DNA of 64,000 nt from Eledone cirrhosa (taxonomy: Eukaryota), in the NCBI GenBank assembly GCA_964016885.1, contig OZ024743.1:111910001-111974000 (forward strand). The letters are read 5' to 3'. The notes under the pieces were generated by a model. It did no database searches, was not told the origin of the DNA, and was given only the letters and a program-made list of their open reading frames with translations. Each line of letters begins with the position of its first letter. Positions within the stretch are counted from its first letter, which is position 1. Both the position numbers and the translations under genes were made by a program. This document shows, piece by piece, positions 1 to 12,035 of the stretch.

Positions 1-304
1 GATGACACATTGGTAATGCAGTCCAAGATACATCCAATAAAAAATAGCCACATGTGTGGATGGGTACGGAAAGCATGTTAATGTCGGTCTAACCATGCAA
101 GGCTGGTTTGGTGTGATGAATGAAAAAATAATAAGATAGTGCAAATTCCTAAATCCGTGGAAACTGTTGAAGATGCGGCGTTACAAAAATTAGTCAAAAT
201 ACGTCATCCATGCAACCAATTAATATGGTGAATAGAGAACCCTATATTTCAGGCATGCATAATTCGCCTGAATGTAAGAAAAGAGAGATTTTTTTTTTTT
301 CACA

Positions 305-1097
305 AATAGGGATTTCTCATTGAGGAAAGTGGCTATGAATTTTGGGGAATGGCAAACTTTATTTAAATAAAACTCCCACACTTACTGATGCTTATTTGAG
401 CGAGTTCAGAAGGATGAAGGGCAATGTTGACTACGGTGGTATTTGAAATGTAAAGAGTCAGAAAAAATACCGCAATGGCATTTTATTCGAAATAATTATC
501 TCGAACATTGGCACACGACCAGTAAATTGAATGATTAGGAAATCAATTATATCAATTATACTTAACTGGAACTTTATTTTATCGATCCCAGGAAAATGAA
601 ATGCTAGTTTGACTTTCGTGAGATTTAAACACAAAATGTATTAAGGACATTTTATTGAAATGACATTTTATTCGACTTTCTACCAAATAATGGATTCCGC
701 TTTAGGCACAAGACCAACAATTTGGGGGAAGAGGAATGTGGATCAAATCGACCCAGTGCGGTTCTAGTATTTTATTTTATCGACACGGTAAGGACAAAAA
801 CGTAAATCTAACCTCGTTGGGATTTGAACTCAGAACGTAATTCTATGACACAAAACATGTACGATTCTCTACCAAATAATAATGCTTTCTTATTTAGGCA
901 CAAGGCCAGCAACTTTTGGGGAGGGTAAAGTCGATTAAATTGACCCCAGTGCGTGACTGGTACTTTATTTTATCGACCCCGTAAGGATGAAAAGCAAAGT
1001 TAACCTCGGCGGTATATAAACTCAGATCATAGAGGAGCGTAACTCTGTGCTGCAAAGCTTGGCGTCCAACCCTCTACCGATACTGCCAATCCACCAA
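305..1097 (-). mobile_element. Head-to-tail array of four tRNA-derived SINE units (approx. 305-490, 500-685, 695-873, 885-1097)
   Basis: Each unit carries the reverse complement of the SINE core (GCCTTTCATCCTTACGGGGTCGATAAAATAAAGTACCAG) and the 3' GGCCTTGTGCC motif. The rightmost unit keeps the A-box-like head TGGCAGTATCGGTAGAG. Divergence increases leftwards. Confidence 0.8.
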
Positions 1098-1504
1098 ATG
1101 ATAATAAGAAAGATTAACCTAAATGATTAGACATGAACAAAGTAGAAATGATATAGCAGATAAAGTACTCATACATAACCCAATATATAAGCTGTTGTCA
1201 TGGCTGTATTTCTTTAAAGATAGGTCTGTTGAATGATGATTGGCCTGCATTAAATACAATGTTGTTGAGGTTGATCTTCTTACTACTAGTATGTTGCTGT
1301 TGGTGCTAAATTTGCTGTTGTAATCATCCAGGATTAGACAGATTGAGTAGGAATTATATTCCAGTTCTGACCATCGAAACTGTTCGTTTGTGTGTTTGTT
1401 TACCCATTTGTTGTTTGTTTACATATTTTATATAGAACTAAAATCTTCGATATCGTAACGTACGATATAACGAGAGATATATTGAATATTTCAAGCAGAA
1501 CAAG

Positions 1505-1724
1505 GGCGGTGGATTGGTAGACTTGGTATAGTGTCGGACAACGTGCTTCATGGCATAGTGTTACGCCCCTTTACTATCTGAGTTCAAATCCTGCCGAGGT
1601 TAACTTTCCCTTTCATCCTTACCGCGGTTTATAAAATAAAGTACCAGTAATGCACTGGTGTCAAGTAATCGACTTCCCCCCTCCAAAAACATCGATGGCC
1701 TTGCGCCTAAATCAGAAACCAATA
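1505..1724 (+). mobile_element. tRNA-derived SINE, full length
   Basis: Head GGCGGTGGATTGGTAGACTTGGTATAG, B-box GAGTTCAAATCC, core TTTCATCCTTACCGCGGTTTATAAAATAAAGTACCAG, tail GGCCTTGCGCCTAAATCAGAAAC. Confidence 0.85.
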
Positions 1725-1881
1725 CTTCTAGCAGGACAAATAAACGTGTAGAGCCCGCCTCATTGTCTCAACATCAATATTTTTTCTGTGACATTAATGA
1801 TACATTTATGATACGTTGATACGACTTATGAGATTTATGTTTGGGGAGACGATAAGTATTAAACGTAATACAAAATAATTA

Positions 1882-2049
1882 CCGTATTTCCCGGCGCCGA
1901 AGACGCCTCGTCCTCGAAGACGTACCCTAATTTTCACAACAAAAAGTTTGAAAAAAAATAATAAACAACCTTCGGCCTCCAGGACGCATGGTAGACTTTT
2001 GAGACTTATTTTAGGAATAAAGTAACGTCCTCGGCGCCATGAAATACGG
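1882..2049. mobile_element. MITE of Tc1/mariner/pogo type
   Basis: 24-bp terminal inverted repeats: CCGTATTTCCCGGCGCCGAAGACG versus the reverse complement of the right end CCGTATTTCATGGCGCCGAGGACG (21/24 match). TA on both flanks (1880-1881, 2050-2051). No ORF. Confidence 0.8.
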
Positions 2050-2139
2050 TACTTAATAAAATAATCAATTGATGTATGGTATTTAATTAAGTTAGATACC
2101 ATACTGACATGTTAATTATCAAATGTGTCTGGAGAAAGA

Positions 2140-2370
2140 TTTCTTCTTCTTCTTCTTCTTCTTCTTCTTCTTCTTCTTCTTCTTCTTCTTCTTCTTCTTC
2201 TTCTTCTTCTTCTTCAACGGGACTCATCTATGTTATTCAACGTTCTGGCTTAGGTGCGCCTCTGGGTCACTTGCCATTTGGTTTTGCGCATAAAATGTTT
2301 CCTACAAATCTTTTCAGAGAATTCTATCATTTCCATGCAGAGTTTTACTGTTGAATTCGGATAACACCAT
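2140..2370 (-). mobile_element. Decayed LINE (RTE-like) 3' end with (GAA)n tail
   Basis: Minus-strand translation KPNGK*PRGAPKPER resembles the GKRPRGRPK motif near RTE ORF C-termini. It runs into the (TTC)n tract at 2141-2215. Confidence 0.4.
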
Positions 2371-2905
2371 TTTTAAACTTAGTAGTCTATACTTACAAAA
2401 CGAAGAGTGGAAATATAAATAGAAGTGATGATATACTGACCATGATTGAGATGGCATGGATGGTAACTATGTTCATAATGAGGATAGAAATTAGAAGTAG
2501 AAGTAGTAGTTTTTGTGTTAATAACGGTGGCATGGCAACCGTCATGGCTCTGATGGAAATGATAGCAGGCGGTGTTAGTGATTGTATGGACTATCTTGTG
2601 CGTTTGGAGTTGACCATGGAGATGTTGGTTGTTAATATCATTATTATTTTTGTCTGGGATGTTTTGGTTTTAATTAATGAATACGAAATATATTTAGAAA
2701 ATATGGTTTCTGAATTAGTTGCAGCACTCAACAGACATAATTATTCTCTTTAGAAAGGAGGAAATGGCTTTCGGCAATATAAGTATTAAATGTATATACA
2801 ATTAAATACTGACATACACGCACATATACTCATATACATATACACAAACACATTCACGCATACATATATAGATGCATATGAATGTATGTATCTCTGTCAT
2901 TCTTA

Positions 2906-3108
<203 letters not shown>

Positions 3109-3284
3109 AACGAGTAGGACCCCGACGGCTGAGCTCAAGCTATAATGTATATAAATTATAATTTAAAGAATTAGCTTTTAATGAATTCCCTTTTCTATCA
3201 ACCAATGACCTCTACTATCCCACTCCCTACCCTCTCCTAGCACCTGAAGAGACCTATAAATACCATATTTATTTTTTGATACCC

Positions 3285-3335
3285 AGATTCCTGATGATTT
3301 CTAAAGAATGAAACAGTTCTAGTCCTGTAGAATCT
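3285..3335 (+). ncRNA. Type I hammerhead ribozyme motif
   Basis: Stem I AGATTC/GAATCT; core CTGATGA (3291-3297); stem II TTCT/AGAA; GAAA (3310-3313); stem III CAG/CTG; cleavage triplet GUA (3327-3329). Confidence 0.8.
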
Positions 3336-3873
3336 CATCTATATTAAAACTTTTATACTTTGCAATGTATTGAGTATCTTACTTACTGTGGTTACCTCCG
3401 ATTCAACCCGGAATAACGTATATATATATATATATATATATATTGGTAAAAGGAAAAGAAAATGCTGACAAATTGTTCCCAGTGAAAAAAAGTTTAATTA
3501 GGAATAAGTATTGATTAGTATTCAGTTTTGGTTTTAAATATTACCGGTTGCGCATTTCTAATGCTTTTCACGAATAATTTTGAGATAGAGCGCCCGTGAT
3601 ATTTGCTATAATCTGATTAGTTTTGGAAATTCTACCCGTTTTATGTAAAAAAAGTGGCTCCAGATGTATGAAAAAATTATTGTGGTCAAAACAATAAAAA
3701 TCGGTCGGATATATATATATATATTTATAAAATTAGAATTGGTGCTCTGGAATAGCGATATATATATATGAATGTATATATAGTGTATTTTGAAATACAC
3801 TGTATGCTTAATTAAAAGCATTTCGAAGACCTTAAGCTATTGTTTTAGAGTAGTGACAGTCTCACTTACTTTA

Positions 3874-3968
3874 ATTTTCAGCAAACAGGGGAGATAAAGC
3901 TGACAGAATCCTGTTTCGCACTTTTTGGTGCTTATCAAAGCTAACTACTCCGCCTGTTTGCTGAAAAT
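3874..3968 (-). ncRNA. Type I hammerhead ribozyme with U3-A8 core variant and long stem I
   Basis: Minus strand: 16-bp perfect outer stem, then AGCT-TTGATAA-GCAC(CAAAAA)GTGC-GAAA-CAG(GATT)CTG-TC-AGCT. All three helices pair and the cleavage site is GUC. Confidence 0.85.
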
Positions 3969-4029
3969 CATTACTGATTTACAGCTATTAAATTTACATT
4001 AGGTAGAGACCTTCAGCTTGCTATGAGTG

Positions 4030-5405
4030 AAGTACTGGTGTGTTTACAGAAGAGTAAGGCTAAACCTCAAAGAGTTATCAATGACTGGTTTGCTTTCAAT
4101 AAAGACGATGTGTTACAGGAGTAGTACACATTAGAGGTGAAAAACAGGTTTAATGATCTATGTGGAAATTCTGACGAGACTGAAGAGAGTGTGACAAGGT
4201 GGTATAAATACGTCACCACTGCAGTTACAGAAGCGTGTGACGCCCTGTTGTGGAGGAGAGAGAGAGGAAGAATAGGGAAGACAACACCGCAGCTCCAAAA
4301 ATGTGTGCAGCCAGAGAAAACCTGATAGCTGCCAAGGAGCAATTCTATGCTGATCCAGCGGAGAATTGGAAGAAGAATGTGGAGGTTAGGAAGGAAGAAC
4401 TATTTGCTTATGGAGGCGATATAAATGTAAAGAGAGCTAGACGATCATCAACGAGATCACAGAAAGCAAGAGAGGGCGTTCGATTCAGATCCAGGGAATA
4501 GGGCCAGAGATAGGAAAAGAAAGTGGCTGGACCACTTTAGGACCCTACTAGGAGAATCACCTTCAACTGCCCAGAATACTGGGGAAATCACACAGTTGTT
4601 TAGGGAACTGGATATTGAGATGGGACCGATCGCCAGAAAAGAGTTTCGGAGCACCAAGAGGACGAGCAAAAGAGCTTAGTTCCTTGGAAAAAATAGAGTG
4701 GTATCAGAGGTGGTAAAGAATTGTGATTTTGAGGATAAGATCCAGGAATTATGCAACAAGGCACCGGAGAAAAGAGTTGCCATCGATCAGTGGAGGATCA
4801 GTAACATTGTCCCAATATCAAACAAGAGAGATCTCTTACAGGGGCATCTCACTGACGTTACTTGTGGCAAAGACCCTCAACAGGGTGATTCTTAACTGGA
4901 TCCAACCCATGATGGATTAGAAGTTAAGGCTAAAAAGATATCAGATGCTGAATGATGAATTAGCTCTGGTGACAAACACAGTGAAAGGAGCAGAGAGTTG
5001 ATGCGAGAGGAGAAGACTGTGTCTATGACGATGAGTGAGAGGCTGAGAATGACCGAGGTAAGACGAAGTATGTGGTGGACAACATCAAGGAGCCGCTAGA
5101 GTTACATGAGAACTTCTTGAATCTGGGAGCAATGATTAGGAACAATGAGGAGCAAAGCCTGGGAGGCGTATCATAGTTTGAGGTTGATGTGGAGTCGGAC
5201 CTTCATAAAGACATGAAAAACCGTCCCTCGTCGCTACCATAAAACACACTCAGATGGTGAATGATTGCTACACGAAGATGTTGAGGATGGTTCTGTATAA
5301 TAACCAGCACGCACTGAGGATGGAGTACTCAGAGCTGTACTGAAGTCTTCTAAACGTTAGCTCTCAAATGTAACACAGATGAGATTGGAGTTAGCTGGAC
5401 ATGCT
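4030..5405 (+). mobile_element. Decayed, internally deleted RTE-clade LINE
   Basis: Frameshifted fragments LEVKNRFNDL, WRISNIVPISNK and YRGISLTLLVAKTLNRVILNWIQP (RT start), a jump to a degenerate DELALVTN, then RLELAGH. The RT core between them is missing. Confidence 0.75.
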
Positions 5406-5459
5406 CACAAACACACAAACTCACACACACACACCACCACCACCACCACCACCACTCTG

Positions 5460-5553
<94 letters not shown>

Positions 5554-6699
5554 ATACATACATATACTTATATATAATCTTTTTAATATATTCTTTAAAT
5601 TGAATTGAGCTTTAGAATTTCTCTACAACACTGTTGAAATTTTTATTTGGGTGTATTTGATGGTTAACAATAAATATAGGGTTCCTATTAATTATTGTAA
5701 AAATTTACCCAAAAGTGTGATATAAATCACCGCACATTGTAAATGATATTCGCAATTATTATATATATCACCGAGTTTACCAGGTGCAGAGAGCAATTGA
5801 CAATAGATTCCGCAGAAGGAATACTAATACTGTTGCTGATGTTCGGTGACTGAGAAACGCCTCCCAATAAATTGATAACACTGTGCATGAACTAAATGTA
5901 TTTTTTTTTTTAATAACGTTTGGAGTGTTTCCTCGTCCTTCTTCAAGATTTAATGTTGTATTTTCCGACAAGAAATCGCAACTATTAAGGTGTTCACTAA
6001 TATCTGAGATGTGTAATAAATGCAAACCTTCAGAAAAGCAGTATATTATTTAACAAAAAGTGTGTAAAATGTGAAAAGAAATATATGTATCCTTTTCATG
6101 TGTGTCTCTGCGATCCGAAAAGGAAAGATTTATTTGTCGCAAAATCTCGTGCGTCCCTTTTATCAGTTCCGTAAGAAATACGACACTATTACTGTTAAAT
6201 GCTAGTATAAGTGAATTCGAAATTGTAATATCATTAGTATAAATGCTTATACAGGTAGCTAATTCCATACAATGTACTTAAAATACCTAACATCCAGTTT
6301 CAAGAATTATCCTCCATCCTAGGGAAATATGTTGAAGTAAATCCGAAGCCTCGGGACATGACATTGGTCTGTATCGGCAATATTTAATCCACAATGTGTA
6401 AAGGAATTCGAAGATTTTGGAAGTTGTAAGGGAGGAATAATTTAACCTTCTATATCGTTGTTCTTCATTTGACATTCAATACTGTAGAGGAAATATTGCG
6501 AGCTAGACATTGATGTAAAAGTCATTGTATTATAAACGTCCATGTGTGATCGGATTTGTGTTCCTAGTTCAAAGCGTCTTCAATATAAATACCATTTGTA
6601 CTGGACTGGACGTAGAAACATGCCACGCTCTGTAACTGTGTGAATTTGTACAATTGTAAGTTAATACTTAGAATGTATAGACAAAAATTTTCAGAGTCG

Positions 6700-6840
6700 T
6701 TAAGACGTTGGATAGACTACATTACGGTATTCGTCCAACCTCATCGCGCGCTCTGAGTTCAAATTCCGTCGTCGTCATCTTTGCCTTTCATCCTTTCGAG
6801 GTCGATAAAAAAAAGTGCTAGTCCGGTAATGGGGTCGAGT
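6700..6840 (+). mobile_element. Partial tRNA-derived SINE
   Basis: B-box CTGAGTTCAAATTCC followed by TTTGCCTTTCATCCTTTCGAGGTCGATAAAA. Confidence 0.7.
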
Positions 6841-7004
6841 CTTCCTGTATAGCAACATTCTTTTCGGACCTGGAAAGGGTTTAAAAGTGGCCTAGACACG
6901 CCGTATGACCTTGCAACCACGACTCCACAAGGGGTTATCGGATCTTTGTCCTTTATTTCGAGTGCTTGACTAACTATAATAAATTCATGAGTTTTATTAC
7001 TGTC

Positions 7005-7125
7005 TATGCGTTGTGTCTTTGAGCAAGACACTTTATTTCACGTTAGTACAGTCCACCCAGTAGGCAAAAAACGAGTGGTATCTCTGACAAAAATGGTAAA
7101 CCTATGTAATACTGAATCCCAGTTA
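7005..7125 (+). mobile_element. Fragment of a second SINE family (CORE/V-like central domain)
   Basis: TTGTGTCTTTGAGCAAGACACTTTATTTCACG...AGTCCACCCAG resembles the central part of the copies at 25155-25460 and 61642-61943. Confidence 0.55.
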
Positions 7126-7406
7126 GGATTGTGTTAACGGGTACAACCATGTGTTGGTTAATTTCAGGAGGATTTTGTTCCGTTGAATAAATAACAGTAA
7201 CACAGGTCACAACAACCAACGGAGGTGAAATATACGAGGAGAGGCATGTGTTGAACAAAATTATAATTAACTGATCCTCCTGTATTTTCTTTTACTCACA
7301 GTTTGGAATGTTTCAGCACCCACTCGTACATGCATGCAATAATACATACATACAAACATGCATACGTGAATGCATGATTGCATACATGCATACATACATG
7401 CATACA

Positions 7407-8497
7407 TGGTGGCTGCCTACTCGTTTTCGAGTATGGCCACTACTTTATATCCATGTAGAAGAACCCCTACCGATGCGCTCTACGAGTGTGACTTTTTAGT
7501 CCAGCCAGCGACTTGAAAACTCTGGTACAAACACTACACTTGTGACAATTATTGACACATAGTGCTGGGCCCATGGTACCATGTGACGACAAGTGCAGAG
7601 AGATCTCCAGATATAAAGCAATGCCTGTGCCGTGAATCTTTTATAGTGAGCAAAGGCACTGCACAAAGCCAGTCCCACTCTCTTAACCAAGATGATATTT
7701 ACTAAAAAGAAGAACAAGTCAACACCATTGGATACCATCAGAGTTGCAGGTGTTATATCAGAGTTTTCCTTCTCTTAGAATTCTGCCTTGACAAAGGCTA
7801 AGGGGCCATCTCTCCCAGTGATTTTGTATGGCCATTGACTCTTAAGAGCTCCTTTGCCCTTTGACAGGTTTTGTTTTTAGTCCTGCACGATGTCCAAAGT
7901 CACCCGCCTGCATACATACATACATGGTGGCTGCCAACTCGTTTTCGAGTACGGCCACTACTTTATATCCATGTAGAAGAAGCCCTACCGATGCACTAAA
8001 CGAGAGTGACTTTTTAGTCTAGCCAGCAACTTGAAAACTCTGGTACAAACACTACACTTGTGACAATTATTGACACATATTGCTGGGCCCATGGTACCAT
8101 GTGATGACAAATGCAGAGAGATCTCCAGATATAAAGCAATGCCTGTGCAGTAAAGCTTGTATAGTGAGCAAAGGCACTGCACAAAGCCAGTCCCACTCTC
8201 TTAACCAAGATGATATTTACCAAAAAGAAGAACAAGTTAACATCATTGGATACCATCAGGGTTGCAAGTGTTATATCAGAGTTTTCCTTCTAGAATTCTG
8301 CCTTGACAAAACTAAGGGGTCATCTCTCCCGGTGATTTTGGATGGCCATTGACTCTTAAGAACTCCTTTGCCCTTTGAGAGGTTTCGTTTTTAGTCCTGC
8401 AGGATGTCCAAAGTCACCCTCCTCACCAAGAAACCTTGGTGGGGTTGCCAGTTTAGTCGCCAACGACCCGACCATGAGACAGATTGTACTGGGATAC
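7407..8497 (-). mobile_element. Tandem dimer of a ~570-bp non-autonomous RTE-derived retroelement
   Basis: Two highly similar direct copies, 7407-7910 (head-truncated) and 7925-8497, each ending in an (ATGT)n tail. The minus strand encodes only the C-terminal zinc-finger-like piece CSVCTRVFKLLARLKSHSRLVH, preceded by a non-coding leader. Confidence 0.75.
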
Positions 8498-8500
8498 ATG

Positions 8501-8531
<31 letters not shown>

Positions 8532-8845
8532 CATACATACATACATACATACATACATACATACATACATACATACATGTGATAATTGGGGCACTGGATT
8601 ATGTTAGTAACTGCCTCAGTTGGGTTTCACATAATCAGAAAGAGCACAACTATTTAGGAATTTACAAGTACAATCCATTAATGGAACAGTAAAATATTCC
8701 AAAAATTCTGCATCTAATAGCTGTATGTACACATGTACAGATACAAACATATGCACATGTACACATATAACTCAAAAGCATCCACACTTACAATAACATC
8801 CATACCTGCACACACACGCACACACACATACATGCATATATTTGT

Positions 8846-8940
8846 ACCTAGTTGATATTGTCTAAATTCCAATAAAAGAGTCTTGTTTCTATGTTAGAAT
8901 CTAACTCTCTCTTTATTGGTAAATAATTATAAAATTATAA
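8846..8940 (-). repeat. ~95-bp dispersed repeat (other copies 31632-31727 and 32450-32528, both +)
   Basis: Shared core CCAATA(A/G)AGAGA...CTAACATAGA(A/T)ACAAGACTC...ATTGGAAT. Confidence 0.7.
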
Positions 8941-9508
8941 AACCAGAAGCACATACACGCAAGCACATACATAAATACAATAGTCACATATATATTTACA
9001 AAATGCTTAGGATTTTATATATATTTATGTAGTTAAATTGAAACTATATTTCTGTTCTCGGTTCCATTAACCATTCAATAGCAGCACTCATCGACGGAGA
9101 TCCAGCATGCAAACACGTTAAACAGCGGAGGCTATGTGTTGTCGTTCGCCGACACAACGTTTTACCGCTCAAAAAACCGCCAGTTGATGGATGTGAAATA
9201 CGAAATATAGGGACTATCAAATCACTTCCAAAGTAACTCTATCTCGTGTTATCATTTTTTACAGTTTTCCTACTTCCTTTTACGCTCTCTACGTCTCTTT
9301 CTACGCTTCCTTTTACACCTCTCTCTCACATAACCACCTGATTCTGTTACCCGGAGATTTACCCATCTGCACTGTTGAGGCTTCCAAAACGACTATTCAA
9401 ATATGTTTCCAACATTCATGATATTTTACATTTATATAGGTATAATAAAAACACACAAAGGGTATATTCAGATATATCTATTATGTTTACGATATAAACA
9501 CATTTATA

Positions 9509-9886
9509 TAGGCCTGCCAAACTCTAAAAACTCAATCGGGGAGTACCATGAAATAAAGTGCTCCAAAACGGGAAAAATTAGGCAAAATTAGGGGATTTTA
9601 CATAATTGTTTCTACTTTTGGCACAAGGCCAGCAATTAAACCAGTGCATTACTGGTACTTTATTTTATCGACCTCGTAAGGATGAAAGGCAAAGTTAACC
9701 TCAGCGGGATTTGAACTCAGATCGTAAAGGCCCGTAACTATGCTGCAAAACATGGTGTCTGGCGCTCTACCGATACTGCCAAACCACCATGAAAGCTATA
9801 CCCATTTTCAAAAGACAAGACATCTCTCCTCCACCCGAAAGTGAGCGGGTAATCACCCCGTCGGACGTGGAGTGGTGACAGGTCTG
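9509..9886 (+). mobile_element. Short TIR element (MITE) interrupted by a SINE; uninterrupted copy at 41058-41228
   Basis: Ends AGGCCTGCCAAAC and GGTGACAGGTCTG. Internal blocks TACCATGAAA, GCTATACCC and CCCCGTCGGACG are shared with 41058-41228. Confidence 0.65.
9604..9790 (-). mobile_element. tRNA-derived SINE, young short subfamily
   Basis: Closely similar to 61068-61252, 37012-37118 and 20420-20527. A- and B-boxes present. Confidence 0.9.
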
Positions 9887-10734
9887 ATTTATATCACACA
9901 AAGAAGTGCAGAAGCGAAAAATTATAGCAGAAATCATGAGATAAAATTTGAATCCCTTACAGTATTTACTATTGTATTTATGTGTTCCTACTTTCGATAC
10001 TAGTTGAGATCAATTTCCATTTAATCCTCGACACTATTTGGTGTTAACAATAATAGACTACGCTGATTAAATTGATTATATACTGATGTTTGGAAATTTT
10101 CCCTAGACACGCGTATAATCAATCGGCATTATATTTAATTGATCAATTAGTATTATTATTTAAATAATCAATTAGCATTATGTATGTTCTCAGTGAAGAT
10201 GCTGTTATCTACTTTTAGATTCTCGTGGACATCTAATAAATCGGCTCCAACTAATATCCGAAACCTCTGTAAATCAAAAACTTCAACCTTACAAGAAGTT
10301 TTATAAAATGTTGTCATGTTTCACGACAAAACATGTTGGTTATAGCAGGAATTCTTTGTCCATAACTCTTTTTAATAAATTAAGTCATATATGAAAATCA
10401 ACAACAACGTTGTAATCTGTAATTTTACTATACAGTATGATGACCTATATATGAACGCACAAAACTATCACTCATGAGTTGATAGGTTTGGAATTGATTG
10501 TTAATTATTATATCTATTGTCTGGCAGATAATCGACTATGCCTAATACTAACTTGAGACTATAATTTTATCGTTTCCTCAGAAGGAGGGTAGGGCCCGTG
10601 CCCCATGTTCAGAAGGTATTTTCAGGTTGGAGATCTTACTTAAAAGGCTGGAAACAGAGACGCAAGCTTTGCTAAACGCAACCATGATCAGCTGACGGTA
10701 TTAAAATGGGCAAAGGAGTTTGTCGTATTTCTAA

Positions 10735-10945
10735 TAAATAGGCGACAGTTAAATTTGAACTCAGATCACAAAGAGCCGTAGTAAATAATGTATTGCAGTA
10801 ACGATTGTTTAAGTTCATATTTCAAATATGGTACTGCAGTTATCTCACCTAAAATGATGAAAGCAAAGTTGGCCTAGGTAAGATTTGAACTCAGTGCGCA
10901 GAGAGCCATAATAGATACCGTTGGACCTACGCTCTACCAATTCGG
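10735..10945 (-). mobile_element. Two decayed SINE head fragments
   Basis: Repeated ATTTGAACTCAG...AGAGCC blocks, GATGAAAGCAAAGTT core remnant and GCTCTACC. Confidence 0.55.
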
Positions 10946-12035
10946 TCTTTATGTGATGATTCGACTAGGAACACAATAATGTAGTCTAAACCTTTAGATT
11001 ACTTTCGCGCAAGAATACCTGAGAAGAAACCTTTTCCCCCTTTAGTCGACATTAATGTGTTTAATCTCGCCCAAACTGTTATTTAGCTCCCTTAAAAAGT
11101 TCGCTTTCTGTAATATGGAACTGTATGTGTGTACAAGGATGGTGTGAGGGATGTGGAGACAGTGCGGAATAAATTACGACATATAATAATAATCTTACAG
11201 GGAGATGGGCATGGGTGGTGTAAGTGAAAGATTGAAAAAAGTGGGATGCAAAATAGATAAATAAAGTTAATTAGCAGTGTTAATAAAAACAACTCTAAAT
11301 GGAGAACTTTGACATTTCATATATTCCCTACATATATCAACTTACAGAATTTCACGTTGAACATCAATCCACACCAATGTCAAAAGTTGTATTCTCATAA
11401 ATAATACTTAATCCCAAAATACAAATCGAGAAGCATAACACAATAACCAGTTCTGATAAACTATAGATTACCCGAATTTATCTCGGATGTTGAAAACACA
11501 CAAGGGAGATAAATATTGCACCTCCAGTCTTTCTATAGAGTTTAGAAATATTTCCTGACCAACACTAATAAAAATAAAATTAAGTGTCGTGTATTGAAGT
11601 CGTGTTGATAGGTATCTGATAAGTTCTGTGTAGTTGTTTAATTATTTAACGACATCCACTCATATTACAATCACATGTTTCAAGTATGCTCGTGCTTTTT
11701 GACTATATAATATGGTTCAGTTAAACGGGTGTACACAATTCTATCCAACAGGTTCGAAGTACAGTCAGGTGGTTTGATGAGTACACAACTATTTCTGTTG
11801 CCACGGAATTACTTTCAGTGTTATTATTATTATTATATGCTCACTTTAGTTCAACAGTTCTACAATTAGACATGTCGAAATGTAAATTTATAAATTACTG
11901 TTCCTTGTTCAATTACCTACGCACATAAACAAGACATGACATTAAGATTTACTGATGAAGATGTGACACTGCGGATAAATGTGACTTTTATCTATTCTTC
12001 TGTCGAGTATAGTGTTCCATATTATATTCAATAAA

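Noticed and set aside
1-290. Possible Tc1/mariner transposase remnant on the minus strand (FYWMYL near 20-60)
   Set aside because: Similarity to the DFFLWGYL motif is too weak and the segment is cut by the window edge.
885-1097. tRNA genes suggested by A/B boxes here and at 1505, 61068 and 61642
   Set aside because: No cloverleaf, and the boxes continue into a shared repeat body and tail, so these are SINE heads.
5900-6030. Cadherin-like reading ISDISEH...F...TLNLEE
   Set aside because: Lacks the DxNDNxP and LDRE motifs, so the resemblance is insufficient.
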